Origin: an uncultured virus (IMG/VR IMGVR_UViG_3300020579_000010)
Lineage: Duplodnaviria > Heunggongvirae > Uroviricota > Caudoviricetes
Strand: one strand, 5' to 3'
DNA: 64,000 bases
Virus record (IMG/VR): IMGVR_UViG_3300020579_000010
Made by a program: the position numbers and the translations under genes. Of this stretch, positions 37,384-47,588 are shown piece by piece. Position 1 is the first letter of the stretch, and each line of letters opens with the position of its first letter. The notes beneath the pieces were generated by a model. The model saw nothing but the letters and a program-made list of their open reading frames with translations, had not been told where the DNA came from and made no database searches.

Positions 37384-39108
37384 ATGGCGGTTTTAGTTGG
37401 AAACGGCACGGTCACTCCGGTTATCGGCACTGAAACAATCGCTGCAACGATTGCGCCAGGCGCTCCACTCGACAACATCTCCGTTTACTTCGTTGGCGGC
37501 ACTGGAGGCGGCGGGGGACCTCTTCTTCTTCGGCTCTATGCCGAAGTCGGTGGGTTTCAAACGCTCGTCGCTCAGAAGCAAGCAGTCGGCTCGAATCTTC
37601 CATCCATCATCGCTTGGGATACGGGACTTGGACCGCTTGCTGGAGGTGGGGGCGGTGGGTCTGGCGGCGGCAACGCCGTAGCTCAGAGCAATCAGATTCA
37701 TGCGGGCGGTACGAATTACACCGTGACCGTGACAGATCTCTCGAGCACACCGGCTTCGCTTTCGTCGCCGCGTCAGCCTGTGACGATCACCATCGCAGGC
37801 GTCGATCAATTCGACACTGCTGGAGATGCAGAGTTTGGAACGACTTTTGCGCTCGCGCCCGGAGCGACTGGAACGCTCACCGTCTTTCCTGGCTACGCGC
37901 AGCACATGGACGTGGCAATCGACCAGACGAACATACCGCCTTTTGTCACAGTGACCGTCACGGCAGATTGCGGTGGCGGTTCGGTCCTTGGCGCGCTCGT
38001 CGCCTCGGCACAAATGAGCGGCACAGACAGCACCATTGGTGAAGTCTTTGGTGAGCTCAAGCTCCCTGTCGCAACCGAATACTTCGTCAGCATGAAGAAC
38101 AATAGCCAACAGGCTATCAACATCACACTCACGGGTGTTACGACTTCAGAATCGATTACGGCAGGTGGAGTTGTTGCACTTGGTGGCGACGTCATCGGAC
38201 CTTCGAACGCCAACACCGTCGTCAAGTGGGAGAACGTGCCGCTCGATCCAGCGACGTTCGCGGCGCCTGGCGTCGCTGGCGTGCCTGTCTTCAACGGCAC
38301 CGATTGGGAAGTCGTCACTTCGACCGAGGTAGAAGAAGTCGCACCAGGTCCCACGCGAATTTTTGCAGCGTTCGCTTCCTATGGAACCCAGGCGGTGCAG
38401 TTCACGGGCTTCGGCGCTGGAGGCGGCGGAGGTGGGGGCGCTTCGGGAGTCGCTGGACCTGGTTCAGGAGGTGGTGGCGGAGGCGGTGGCATCTTGTCCA
38501 CGGTCATGACGCAAGTGAATCTTGCGCACACCATCAACGTGATCGTGGGAACTGGGGGAGCGGCGGGCGCCGCGGGCGCTGCAGGTCTCAGTGGCGGCGC
38601 GGGCGGCAACGGCGGCAACACCTACGTCATCGACGCGACAGCAGGCGTCGTGCTCGCCGCGTTTGCGGGCGGCGGAGGGGGCGCTGGAGGCATCGCGGGC
38701 GGTGCGGCCGGTGGTGGCGGAGCTCCTGTTCCGAACGGAGTCTTCGCAGCTCCCGCGAGCGGCGGATCTGGCGGCACAGGTACGGCTGCAGGCTCTACGG
38801 GTAACGACAACATCTCCGCGATCAATACGACCAACGCAGTGCAGCTTCAGGCAGCAGGCACTGGAGGCACAGGGGGCGCCGGCAATGGTCCCGGAGGCGG
38901 AGGAGGTGGTGCGGGCCCCAATGGCGTCACGGGAGCTGGAAATGGCGGTAATGGTACCGCGGGAGCTGGCGGCGCTGGAACTGGAGGCACCATCTCGAGC
39001 GGTGGTGGAGGCGGAGGTGGTGCTGGAAGCTTCACGGCTGTTACGGCGGGTGGAGCGGGTGCCGCTGGCGGAAGCGGTCTTCTCATTGCCAAAATCCTTT
39101 TCGCATAA
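37384..39108 (+). CDS. Glycine-rich spike/fibre-like protein
   Basis: Beta-rich N-terminus, long poly-Gly C-terminal domain. Confidence 0.75.
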   Translation: MAVLVGNGTVTPVIGTETIAATIAPGAPLDNISVYFVGGTGGGGGPLLLRLYAEVGGFQTLVAQKQAVGSNLPSIIAWDTGLGPLAGGGGGGSGGGNAVAQSNQIHAGGTNYTVTVTDLSSTPASLSSPRQPVTITIAGVDQFDTAGDAEFGTTFALAPGATGTLTVFPGYAQHMDVAIDQTNIPPFVTVTVTADCGGGSVLGALVASAQMSGTDSTIGEVFGELKLPVATEYFVSMKNNSQQAINITLTGVTTSESITAGGVVALGGDVIGPSNANTVVKWENVPLDPATFAAPGVAGVPVFNGTDWEVVTSTEVEEVAPGPTRIFAAFASYGTQAVQFTGFGAGGGGGGGASGVAGPGSGGGGGGGGILSTVMTQVNLAHTINVIVGTGGAAGAAGAAGLSGGAGGNGGNTYVIDATAGVVLAAFAGGGGGAGGIAGGAAGGGGAPVPNGVFAAPASGGSGGTGTAAGSTGNDNISAINTTNAVQLQAAGTGGTGGAGNGPGGGGGGAGPNGVTGAGNGGNGTAGAGGAGTGGTISSGGGGGGGAGSFTAVTAGGAGAAGGSGLLIAKILFA

Positions 39109-39128
39109 GAGGAGCTGGAGAGACTCTC

Positions 39129-40190
39129 GTGAGCAGCAAGTTCGTTTCGCCGTTTCCAATCTTCATACCTGGCAATACGCCAGCTCAAAATGATTGGCCT
39201 CCGAACGCTTCTACGGCTGACGAGCTTTCGCCTGGTGCTTCGATCAATCTCGAAGGAGACGCTGCGGGTCCATCCAACGCCAACACCGTCGGCAAATGGG
39301 AAAACATTCCGCTTGACCCATCAACGATGGGAGCGCCAGGAGTCGGTAGTGTTCCTGTCTTCAATGGAACGAACTGGGAAGCAGAGTCTCTTCCCGCTCC
39401 ATCTGGCGCGGCAGTGAGCTCTGCGCTCTCGCAAACGCGCTATCAGTATTGGTCTGGCGTACCGGTGCTCGACGGAAGTGGCGTCTACGCGATAGGCGCC
39501 AACTGCGCACTCGTCATCGGACACAATAATCTCGGCTCCTACCAGAGCGCCACAAACCTCTTGCAAAGCTGCTCGAGAGGTACGGCAAATACCAACGCCG
39601 CAGGTCCTGCATGGATCGGCAGCTACGACGGATCGGCGGCCACCGGTACTTACAAGACGAGCTTTGTTCTCCGAGGTGCGGCAGCAGGTATTGGAGGTTT
39701 TACACACACGACGAGATTCGGCATCGAGTCAGTTTCAGCGACGCCTCTTCTCCAATGCTTCGTAGGGCTGATGGATGCGTCCGGAGGAGGCGCTGGTCTT
39801 CCTCAAAACGGCAGCATCGACTGGACGACGCAAACGACTCTCCAAGTCGTTGGCATTGCTTTCACTGAAACTGTCGTAGGAGGCGTTCTCGCTGGCAACT
39901 GGAAAATCGTAAGCTGTAACGGTGCCGCAGTGACCACTACAGATAGCGGTGTGCCACTCGTAGCTGGGAACCTCGTAGAGCTTGCTCTCACGGCGCTCCC
40001 GGATGCAGCGACGATCGCGTGGACCATCAATGATCTGACCGCAGCGACGACACACTCCGGCGTCATTGCGGCGACGCTGCCAGCGAACACGCTCGCTCTC
40101 GCATGGCAAGCCGGTATGAACGTCGCGTCGGGTGGCGGAGCCAGCAATACTTTCAGCACTGTGCGCTACACGATGGACTCCAATTTCTAA
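39129..40190 (+). CDS. Spike-like protein sharing a module with 37384..39108
   Basis: GPSNANTV.KWEN.PLDP..APGV..VPVFNGT.WE in both. Confidence 0.7.
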   Translation: MSSKFVSPFPIFIPGNTPAQNDWPPNASTADELSPGASINLEGDAAGPSNANTVGKWENIPLDPSTMGAPGVGSVPVFNGTNWEAESLPAPSGAAVSSALSQTRYQYWSGVPVLDGSGVYAIGANCALVIGHNNLGSYQSATNLLQSCSRGTANTNAAGPAWIGSYDGSAATGTYKTSFVLRGAAAGIGGFTHTTRFGIESVSATPLLQCFVGLMDASGGGAGLPQNGSIDWTTQTTLQVVGIAFTETVVGGVLAGNWKIVSCNGAAVTTTDSGVPLVAGNLVELALTALPDAATIAWTINDLTAATTHSGVIAATLPANTLALAWQAGMNVASGGGASNTFSTVRYTMDSNF

Positions 40191-40201
40191 GAGAGAAAAA
40201 G

Positions 40202-42478
40202 ATGTCTGGACCGCCTACTATCTATCCACCGCTTCCTATCAACATTCCTGGAAATCAAGGAACGGTTACACTCGTTAGTGGACTTCCTACGCTTGTTCCG
40301 CAAAACGAAGTACCAGTTCTTGAAGGCATTCAAGGCGAAGTTACACCTGTCAACGGTCTCATTGAGGTCGTACCCCCGAATCCAGAACCAGCTCTCGAGC
40401 AAGCAGATTTTGCTTCTCCACTCGCACAGATTCCAAATTTCGAACCGCCCGTAACGTGGTCAACGGAACCGATATCTGTTTTTCCATTGCCCACAGTCAT
40501 CAGCATCAGTCCGACGTTAGGAAGTGCTGCTGGTGGAGTTCCAGTGACCATCATGGGTACTGGATTCATTGGAGCTACAAATGTGAGTATCGGTGGTGTT
40601 TCAGCCACCAGCGTCGTTGTAGTGAGTGATACGGAAATTACAGCCGTTACTCCTGCTCTTCCGTCTTCTCTCATTCCCGTTTCAGTTTCAGTGACGACGC
40701 CTGGTGGAACTGGCATTCTTCTAAACGCATATACCTCGTTTTCTGCTCCAGCCATTCCATCGCTTCCAGCGGGTAGCGCCCTTGATCTCTTCATCGATAG
40801 CGGTCGAACGGTTGTCGGGGGCGCACTTACGCAGTGGGAGGATCTTGCGCACGCCATCATTTTTACGCCACCTGTTGGATTTACTGGCCCAACAATAACT
40901 GCAACGAAATTTCAGCAGTTTGATGGTCAGCTTTGGTCGCTGGCTACCAACGAACTGTCAAACGTTCCAACAACTCTCTTTGCTGCTGGAACGCCGTCTA
41001 CTATGGCGGTTTCTGGTTACTTGACTGATGCGGGCGGAGCCATTTCAACCGCATTTCGCATGGGTAGCGCTGGCAAAACGCGAGTGTTCATTGGAAATAC
41101 GACATTTTGCTATAGCGACGGAGTGACCAACATTACCAATCCGCAGATGTTTACAGGCGCTCCTCTCGTTCTGGTTTTTATGATTACTCCAGGTACGGGT
41201 ACGATGGCTATGCGTCTCAATGGGTGGAATGTCGTGTACCCGTATGCGATGACAGCTCCTGCAGGCACACCGACGATCGATGCAGGTTCCTCAGGCATTC
41301 AAATCGGAAACCGTGACGACAATACTGCATTCTTTTGGCACGGCTACGAAGAAGAAGTACACGGATATAACAGAATTCTCGATGCTGCAGATCTCACATC
41401 ACTAGAAACCAATCAGGCCGCGAAGCTCGGTCTTGTCGGTGTGAATGGTTACGTCAGCGACTCTGCGGTCATCACGTTCTTGGGATTGGGAGGTCAAGAG
41501 CTCGTCAAAGGTGCTTACGCGGCGACTCGTTTTTATACGACTGCAACGTCAATTACACTTTTGGTTCAACAGAATACGACTGCTGGTCCAAGCGTCGTGA
41601 ATTTGCCCGAGCTTTCGATTTTCGTGGATGGCGTTTTTCATTCTACATACACAGTTCCTACAAGCGTCACTCCGTTTCCGCCCAATACGACGGTGCTTGC
41701 GCTCGACGGCGCTGCTCATATTGTGGAAATTTGGGACGGGCCTTCAGAGCAAGCGACTCCTGTTGTTCCAGTAGCTGCCGTGCTCATCGGGATTCAAGAC
41801 CCCACTGGGGCTACTTCAGTTTTGCCGGCTGTCATTCCCACGAACAAGATGGTCGTTTACGGAGATTCGATTAGCTTGGCTTGCGGGAGTACGGCTCCCA
41901 TCAATGGAGCTTTCCAACAACTGCGCTATTTGACAGGTCACAAGTGGTCGGGTCGCGTTTCTTTCTTCGGAACCATCGGACGTCAGCTTTTCACCGATCG
42001 TAGTTTTGATGCAACCTTCGTAGATACAGCAACTGCGCTTGTTGCGCTTGCCCATGAAGTTGCTCCTGGCGGCATCAAGATGATCTGGGTTCAGATCAGT
42101 CTCAACGATTTCGTCGCCTCGAGCTACGCATCAGCCGCTGCTTGGGGCGCAGATCTAGCTACGCTCGTTGCAGCCATTCATACGCTCGATGCAACGATCC
42201 CAATCGTACTTCAAGGAGCTATTGTCGCCGTCAATGAAAATGTGCCCAATGCAAGCGGGTACACACTGCCCAATTTGCGTTCGCAAATGGCTGCTGTCGC
42301 GGCGGCCAATCCCACATTTGTCTCTTATGTAGATGCGTCTGTCATGATCAACGGAGCACCACCTGTGACGACAGGAGAGCTCAACGTCGATGGTTATCAC
42401 CCTACAAACGCAGGATATGTAACCTACAATACCTGGTTGATTGCCGCGCTTCAATTTCTTGGGTACCCTACTGCTTAG
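40202..42478 (+). CDS. IPT/TIG + lectin-like + SGNH/GDSL hydrolase protein (receptor binding/depolymerase)
   Basis: PTVISISPTLGSAAGGVPVTIMGTGF; VYGDSIS...SLND...DGYHP. Confidence 0.85.
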   Translation: MSGPPTIYPPLPINIPGNQGTVTLVSGLPTLVPQNEVPVLEGIQGEVTPVNGLIEVVPPNPEPALEQADFASPLAQIPNFEPPVTWSTEPISVFPLPTVISISPTLGSAAGGVPVTIMGTGFIGATNVSIGGVSATSVVVVSDTEITAVTPALPSSLIPVSVSVTTPGGTGILLNAYTSFSAPAIPSLPAGSALDLFIDSGRTVVGGALTQWEDLAHAIIFTPPVGFTGPTITATKFQQFDGQLWSLATNELSNVPTTLFAAGTPSTMAVSGYLTDAGGAISTAFRMGSAGKTRVFIGNTTFCYSDGVTNITNPQMFTGAPLVLVFMITPGTGTMAMRLNGWNVVYPYAMTAPAGTPTIDAGSSGIQIGNRDDNTAFFWHGYEEEVHGYNRILDAADLTSLETNQAAKLGLVGVNGYVSDSAVITFLGLGGQELVKGAYAATRFYTTATSITLLVQQNTTAGPSVVNLPELSIFVDGVFHSTYTVPTSVTPFPPNTTVLALDGAAHIVEIWDGPSEQATPVVPVAAVLIGIQDPTGATSVLPAVIPTNKMVVYGDSISLACGSTAPINGAFQQLRYLTGHKWSGRVSFFGTIGRQLFTDRSFDATFVDTATALVALAHEVAPGGIKMIWVQISLNDFVASSYASAAAWGADLATLVAAIHTLDATIPIVLQGAIVAVNENVPNASGYTLPNLRSQMAAVAAANPTFVSYVDASVMINGAPPVTTGELNVDGYHPTNAGYVTYNTWLIAALQFLGYPTA

Positions 42479-42500
42479 TTTCAACTGGAGACCAAAAGCT

Positions 42501-43160
42501 ATGACGATCTGGGTTGGTTACGACGGAATGCTCTACGATGACGGCAGCGAAGAGGTCTTCGTAGGCCAAGACGGTGGTGACGGGCTCGGTGGTCTTGGTG
42601 ACATCGCTTCTTCGCTCGGCAGCGACGGCGCCGATTCTGGGGGTGGCGGTTTCGGCAGCGCGCTCTCCGATCTTGGAAGCTCTCTTGGAAGTGCGTTCGG
42701 CGGCACCGGCAGCGGAGACGGTTCGAGCGGAGGCGGGCTTGGCGGCATCGGTTCCAATCTCTCGAATCTCTTCAGCGGCACAGGCAACACGGGCTCGGCA
42801 CTTGGCGACGTGTTTGGCAAACTTGCGAAGACCGCTCTTCCTGCGGTGACGCAAGCTGCCGAGGGCGCACTCACAAAAGCGACCTCGAGAAGCTCGCAAG
42901 CCCAAATGCCGTCACAGCAAACGATGCCACAGGCTCAGCATCCCATGACGCAGCCTCAGCATCCCATGGCGCAGCAAGCGCAACGACTCACAGCACCAGG
43001 CGGCGGAGGACCTCTTCCAGCTCACGTCAGGCGCAAGCACGACGTTGATCCCAAGGTCCGATTGAACTTGCTTCTTTCGCACCTTGCAAAGAAGTACAAT
43101 ATGCCACCGCCCGCAAAGCCTGCGGGTCTTGTGAGCAAGATGATGGGACACCCGACCTGA
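42501..43160 (+). CDS. Gly/Ser-rich hypothetical protein
   Basis: ATG 42501. Confidence 0.65.
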   Translation: MTIWVGYDGMLYDDGSEEVFVGQDGGDGLGGLGDIASSLGSDGADSGGGGFGSALSDLGSSLGSAFGGTGSGDGSSGGGLGGIGSNLSNLFSGTGNTGSALGDVFGKLAKTALPAVTQAAEGALTKATSRSSQAQMPSQQTMPQAQHPMTQPQHPMAQQAQRLTAPGGGGPLPAHVRRKHDVDPKVRLNLLLSHLAKKYNMPPPAKPAGLVSKMMGHPT

Positions 43161-43206
43161 CTGATTGACACGCTTCGTGATACCCGAAGGGGTAAGGACT
43201 TCGAAC

Positions 43207-44502
43207 ATGCGTAAACAGACCAAAATTCTCGGCATTGCAGCAGGCGCAGTTGGCGCTGGGTGGCTCTACTCGCACGCAAAGACGAAGAAGTCGTTTGACC
43301 GAGTTGGCGCGGACACCGATGACTCAGGCGGCAGCTTGCTCGACGATCTTGCTGCATCCATTCGTCGCGGATTCGGTGGAGGTGGCGGAGCTCCTCGCAT
43401 TTATCATCGTTCTCAGTCTCAGATGCAGCAGCCACAGGGTCGTCCACAGGGATACCCGCAAGCACGTCCTTCAGTGATGCACGCGCCCTATCATCCTTAC
43501 GGCGGCGGTCAGGGCTACGGTGGCCAGCAGGGCTACGGTGGACAGCAGGGCTACGGTGGCCAGCAGGGCTACGGTGGCCAGCAGTACGGAGCGCCGTCGC
43601 AGCAGTACGGAGCGCCGTCGCAGCAGTACGGAGCGCAGCAATACGGCGCGCAGCCAGGTGGCGTGACGTACACGCCTACGCAGATGCCAGTACAACGTCC
43701 TCTCGTGACGTCACCTCTTCCGACGCCGCACGAGACCTCGGCGAATTTTTCCGAGGACCGCGGCGCGACGCCTGTCGCGCGCACGGGCAAGTTCATCTCG
43801 AAGCTCTTCGGCGGTCCGCCTTCGACGCCTCAAGGCGGAATCGACGATCAACTTCTTCGAACGCAGCGGGGTCTCAATCAGTTTTATGGATACATGATGC
43901 TCAAAGAAGACGGCATCATGGGAGACAATTCGAGACGCGTACTGATTCAATTTCAGCACGACACGGACTTGCCCCAAACAGGGAAAGCCGACGGAGCGAC
44001 ATACGACAAAGTCACGCACCTCGTCGAACAAAAGCGCCGAGGTCAGGCCGCATACGGAGCAGACGATGGCGGCGATGATGACGCAGTCTCTCGCATTCAT
44101 CGCCGCTCGAAGACCTCTTCCACCTCTTCGTCTTCGCCCAGTCAGCCCATCGATCGCAGCAATCCCGATTGGTCCACAGGCCTCAAGGAGTCCGCGCTCT
44201 TTTGGGCTTCGCCTCCGCCGCTCACGCTTGCACGTCTCATGCGCAAAGACCACGTCGCGGAAGATGCTGCTACACATGCGACGACAGGTACTCAAGCAGG
44301 TGGCTGGTACGACGCATTCACGCCTCCGAGCTTTCCGTGGATTCCGAGTAGCGGATACGGCTTCCCGTACATCGAGCAGCCGCCCCCGCTCTTCGGCAAC
44401 AGCGGCTTCGGTGGCTACGGGCACATCGGTCACGGCGGCCCGCAAGGACTCGGCGGCTACGGGAGCTGGGGCTCGCACGGCGGCTGGGGCCATGGCTTCT
44501 AG
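43207..44502 (+). CDS. Membrane protein with GYGGQQ repeats and peptidoglycan-binding domain; paralog of 34644..35531
   Basis: TQRGLN...KEDGIMGDNSRRVLIQFQHDTDLPQTGKAD. Confidence 0.8.
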   Translation: MRKQTKILGIAAGAVGAGWLYSHAKTKKSFDRVGADTDDSGGSLLDDLAASIRRGFGGGGGAPRIYHRSQSQMQQPQGRPQGYPQARPSVMHAPYHPYGGGQGYGGQQGYGGQQGYGGQQGYGGQQYGAPSQQYGAPSQQYGAQQYGAQPGGVTYTPTQMPVQRPLVTSPLPTPHETSANFSEDRGATPVARTGKFISKLFGGPPSTPQGGIDDQLLRTQRGLNQFYGYMMLKEDGIMGDNSRRVLIQFQHDTDLPQTGKADGATYDKVTHLVEQKRRGQAAYGADDGGDDDAVSRIHRRSKTSSTSSSSPSQPIDRSNPDWSTGLKESALFWASPPPLTLARLMRKDHVAEDAATHATTGTQAGGWYDAFTPPSFPWIPSSGYGFPYIEQPPPLFGNSGFGGYGHIGHGGPQGLGGYGSWGSHGGWGHGF

Positions 44503-44527
44503 CGAGGAGCAATGAGTATTCAAGGTC

Positions 44528-44779
44528 GTGCGTCGTGCATTAGGCAGCATGCAACTCAAAGTTTTGGAGATGATCCACGACATTGGCGAACCTGAACCCA
44601 AAAATGCTAGTTACGAAGTCTTTACGCGAATGAGGTCAGTTGGTTTTGACCTTATCAAGCGTGGATACGTAAATTTGCTTGGGCACAATCATCCTGACTT
44701 GATCGCCGGAAGGCGTGGTCAGTGGTATCTAACATCACTTGGGAAATCAGTAATGGCGTCGGGACGACATGCGAAGTAA
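44528..44779 (+). CDS. Small winged-helix-like hypothetical protein
   Basis: LIKRGYV...WYLTSLG. Confidence 0.45.
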   Translation: MRRALGSMQLKVLEMIHDIGEPEPKNASYEVFTRMRSVGFDLIKRGYVNLLGHNHPDLIAGRRGQWYLTSLGKSVMASGRHAK

Positions 44780-44788
44780 TCGCAGAGT

Positions 44789-45454
44789 CTAGCGAGTTTT
44801 CGCTTTCGCTTTCTCTCGCATTGACTCTCTCGCCGTAACCAAGCACTTCTTACAATGTGACTTCGAATTTTTGACAAGAGGTCGCCTAAGACAATTGCGG
44901 CACAAGCCAAGGCCTGGTGCTGATTTTTGCGTTACCAATTTTCGAATGAGCACCGGTCGACGGCGATATTTGGTTGTAGAGGACTTCTCTTTACGAGGAG
45001 GACGAGACAAGTTCTTTTTGCGAGCCCAATCTCTACGGTCGTTCAAACAGCCAATACATAATTGATTGGAAAATTTGCTGATGGGTTTTTTGAAACAAAA
45101 ACCGCATAGACCAGCGTGTATGGACAACTTGCGAAGCCGTCGTTTCCGTTTGATGGCGCGCTGTACCTTTCTAGCTCGCATTTGCACGTCATGTTTTGCG
45201 CAATACCGCTTATGCGTTGCTGGTTTTTGACATCTAGCGCAAAGACCTAGTTTCAGATGATGACCAGGTAAATGGCCTTTTTTGCGACAGAGTCGGCAGC
45301 GGTGGCAGCGGTGTCGTCGATGTCGGTCTTTGACCGCTTGAGCATTTCGTTCGATACGATGCTCCTGGCAGAGCATCGAAACGACAGAAGCCTTACCACA
45401 TCGCCAACACGTACCTGTTTTACGAGCGTGTTTGTATTTGGTAAGCGAGTCCAT
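44789..45454 (-). CDS. Basic multi-zinc-finger protein
   Basis: Repeated G.C..C......C..[HC] units. Confidence 0.7.
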   Translation of the reverse strand: MDSLTKYKHARKTGTCWRCGKASVVSMLCQEHRIERNAQAVKDRHRRHRCHRCRLCRKKGHLPGHHLKLGLCARCQKPATHKRYCAKHDVQMRARKVQRAIKRKRRLRKLSIHAGLCGFCFKKPISKFSNQLCIGCLNDRRDWARKKNLSRPPRKEKSSTTKYRRRPVLIRKLVTQKSAPGLGLCRNCLRRPLVKNSKSHCKKCLVTARESMREKAKAKTR

Positions 45455-45457
45455 GAT

Positions 45458-45691
45458 TCATCGCTTCACTGTTTTCGTCTTCGCTGACGTCGCAGTTGGT
45501 TGTTGCTGGCGTTGTTCGGCGAGGATAGTGTCAAGTCCGCGCCTCACGGCGATGCGAAGGATGTCGGTGCGCGTCACACTCGTGAATCCGGCGTCGGGTG
45601 AGTTTTGCGCGGCAATCTCGGCATCATCGAGAACGCTCTGCGCGAACTTGATCGTGATAGGGACCGCGTGGATCGACGGCTTTCGAGGCAT
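45458..45691 (-). CDS. RHH-like regulator, paralog of 12883..13092
   Basis: TIKF...GFTSVTRTDILRIAVRRGLDTILAEQRQ; TTGACG-N18-TATAGA just upstream. Confidence 0.7.
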   Translation of the reverse strand: MPRKPSIHAVPITIKFAQSVLDDAEIAAQNSPDAGFTSVTRTDILRIAVRRGLDTILAEQRQQQPTATSAKTKTVKR

Positions 45692-45950
45692 GACCTCTTC
45701 TATAGAACGTAGCGCTTGCTTTCGTCAATGCTCAACACATCGACTTGCAATGTAGTGAATGACTAATCGCAATGTTCTAAGTGACGTTGCCAGGCGAAGG
45801 GAGGAAAGTTGGGGGTTTCGAAGAGGGCGTGTACTCTGCAAGAGAAGGTCAAAGAGGTACGTGGAACCCGTGACAGCACATGCAGGCGACGTATCACCGG
45901 CTCGATTTGCGGGCTGGTACAGGGACCTCGTCGAAGTTCCTCGCCAGAAG

Positions 45951-46394
45951 ATGTTTGAACATCGCGCAGGTGGCGAACGCACGTTCAAGATCGTCGCGGG
46001 TGCGCTCACCATCGGCGCTGTGGCGGGCGGAATCAGTCTTGCCAACGCGCGTTTTGCAGCGCCCGGCGATGATGCAGCACGCGTCTTTGGCGCTCCAGTC
46101 GATTTGACGCTTGCAGGGCTCTGCTACGGGCTTGGCGTCCTCGGTTACTTCGGTTCGGAGACCGATCACGTGCTCAACATTGGACACGGCTGCCTCGGCG
46201 CATGGGCGTATCGCCGCATGCAGCGCTTCTCGCGTGAACGATTCGCAGCGCCCGTCGTTCAGGAGCAACGTCAAGAACAGGTTCGCGGCGTGCTCGGTCC
46301 TGCTCCCGTTCGCGGCAGCACATGGCCATACAATCAGCACGCTGGTATGACCTCTTCGTCACACGCTCAACCACAGTACGCCTGGTCACCATAA
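45951..46394 (+). CDS. Membrane protein
   Basis: Hydrophobic Gly-rich helices. Confidence 0.55.
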   Translation: MFEHRAGGERTFKIVAGALTIGAVAGGISLANARFAAPGDDAARVFGAPVDLTLAGLCYGLGVLGYFGSETDHVLNIGHGCLGAWAYRRMQRFSRERFAAPVVQEQRQEQVRGVLGPAPVRGSTWPYNQHAGMTSSSHAQPQYAWSP

Positions 46395-46533
46395 ACGAGG
46401 TTTCAACACCAGAAGAGGTCATCCAAAACAAGAGGCAAGTGAAGACGGACGCGAGTTAGGCGCAGAGGTCTTCCAGAGTTTCACCCGCGCGATCATCCCG
46501 GTCACGAGGGCTATGAAAGAAGGAAGAAATCGC

Positions 46534-47202
46534 ATGTATCCTCAGTTCGCAAATCTCGATCGCGTTGGCGCTCCCAGCTACGATCGCGTCGGCTACGGCC
46601 ACTACCTCACCGGAGTCCAGTCTGGCCCTGCCATCGTCGGCGCAGGTCCTGGCGGTGGTCCGATGGCTCCTCCCGGTCACCCCGGTCACATGGGCCACCC
46701 CGGCTTCCGTCCTCACAACGTTCCGTGGTTCGCGTCGCCGTTCGGCGGTCCCGGCCCCGGCGCTGGCTACGGCCCGTTCCCCGGTGGCGCGTACGGCTAC
46801 GCGGCATCGACGCCGTACCCGTACAGCGGGTACCCCCACGTCGTCAATAACCCCCCGACGCAGGTGCGCGAGTTCGTCATCGGCTTCGGCCCCGTCCTCA
46901 TCGCGCTCATGTCGACCGCGATCTTCCAAGCGCAGCCCCAGCTCATCTTCCGCGGCAGCCGCCTCATCGTTCCGAGCGCGCTCGCCAACAACTTCTCCAT
47001 CAACGACATCCGCGTCGGCAAGGACTCGCAGGCCGTGTCTGCGAACCCGATCCCCGCGGCGGCGTTCTCGGAGCTCGCGGTCGGCGTCAACCTCGGTCTC
47101 GACACCGCGGTTCCCGGCATCATCATCACGATCAGCGTGTCGAACACGACGGGTGCGCAGCAGACGTTCGCTGCAGCGCTCATCGGCACCTCGATGCAGT
47201 GA
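46534..47202 (+). CDS. Candidate major capsid protein, single jelly-roll-like, with Pro/Gly N-terminal extension
   Basis: C-terminal ~110 aa with ~8 predicted beta strands; visibly strong C-ending codon bias; followed by strong hairpins and the protease gene. Confidence 0.55.
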   Translation: MYPQFANLDRVGAPSYDRVGYGHYLTGVQSGPAIVGAGPGGGPMAPPGHPGHMGHPGFRPHNVPWFASPFGGPGPGAGYGPFPGGAYGYAASTPYPYSGYPHVVNNPPTQVREFVIGFGPVLIALMSTAIFQAQPQLIFRGSRLIVPSALANNFSINDIRVGKDSQAVSANPIPAAAFSELAVGVNLGLDTAVPGIIITISVSNTTGAQQTFAAALIGTSMQ

Positions 47203-47347
47203 GCCCGGTAGCGCTCGCGAAGCTGGTGAAGACCTCGTCGAGGAGAAGAGGTCTTCCCAGCGCGCAGCGCACAGATCCAGCAGGCGGATTCACCTCTTGT
47301 CCTGCCTAACACCCTGATCACGGGGACTGGAAAAGTGATCTGAAGTA

Positions 47348-47405
47348 ACGCCCACCTCCTCGGCCTTCACGGGCTGGTCAAGGGGGGTGGGCGTCTTCGG
47401 TTTTA
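47348..47405 (+). terminator. Long hairpin/terminator after the capsid candidate
   Basis: ACGCCCACCTCCT...GGGGGGTGGGCGT then CTTCGGTTTT. Confidence 0.55.
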
Positions 47406-47446
47406 TGGCTCTGTTTGGTTTGTGATTCGACAGCAAGGAGCACTTC

Positions 47447-47572
47447 ATGATCCCCGTTTTCGTTCCGCCGAACTTCATCCTTTTCGGTCAGAGCTACGCG
47501 CTCGTCACAGGCGGCGCATACCAAGGCATTTTCGGTCCGCTCTTCGTACCTCAAGGTCTGACGCCGGGCTGA
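47447..47572 (+). CDS. 41-aa hydrophobic peptide
   Basis: AAGGAG RBS; MIPVFVPPNFILFGQSYALVTGGAYQGIFGPLFVPQGLTPG. Confidence 0.5.
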   Translation: MIPVFVPPNFILFGQSYALVTGGAYQGIFGPLFVPQGLTPG

Positions 47573-47588
47573 AAGGACATCCTCTTCA

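Noticed and set aside
30030..43640. Short tandem repeats (CACCATCCT; GGCGGTGAACACGGCTTC; GGCTACGGTGGCCAGCAG) as arrays or regulatory repeats
   Set aside because: In-frame coding repeats without spacers.
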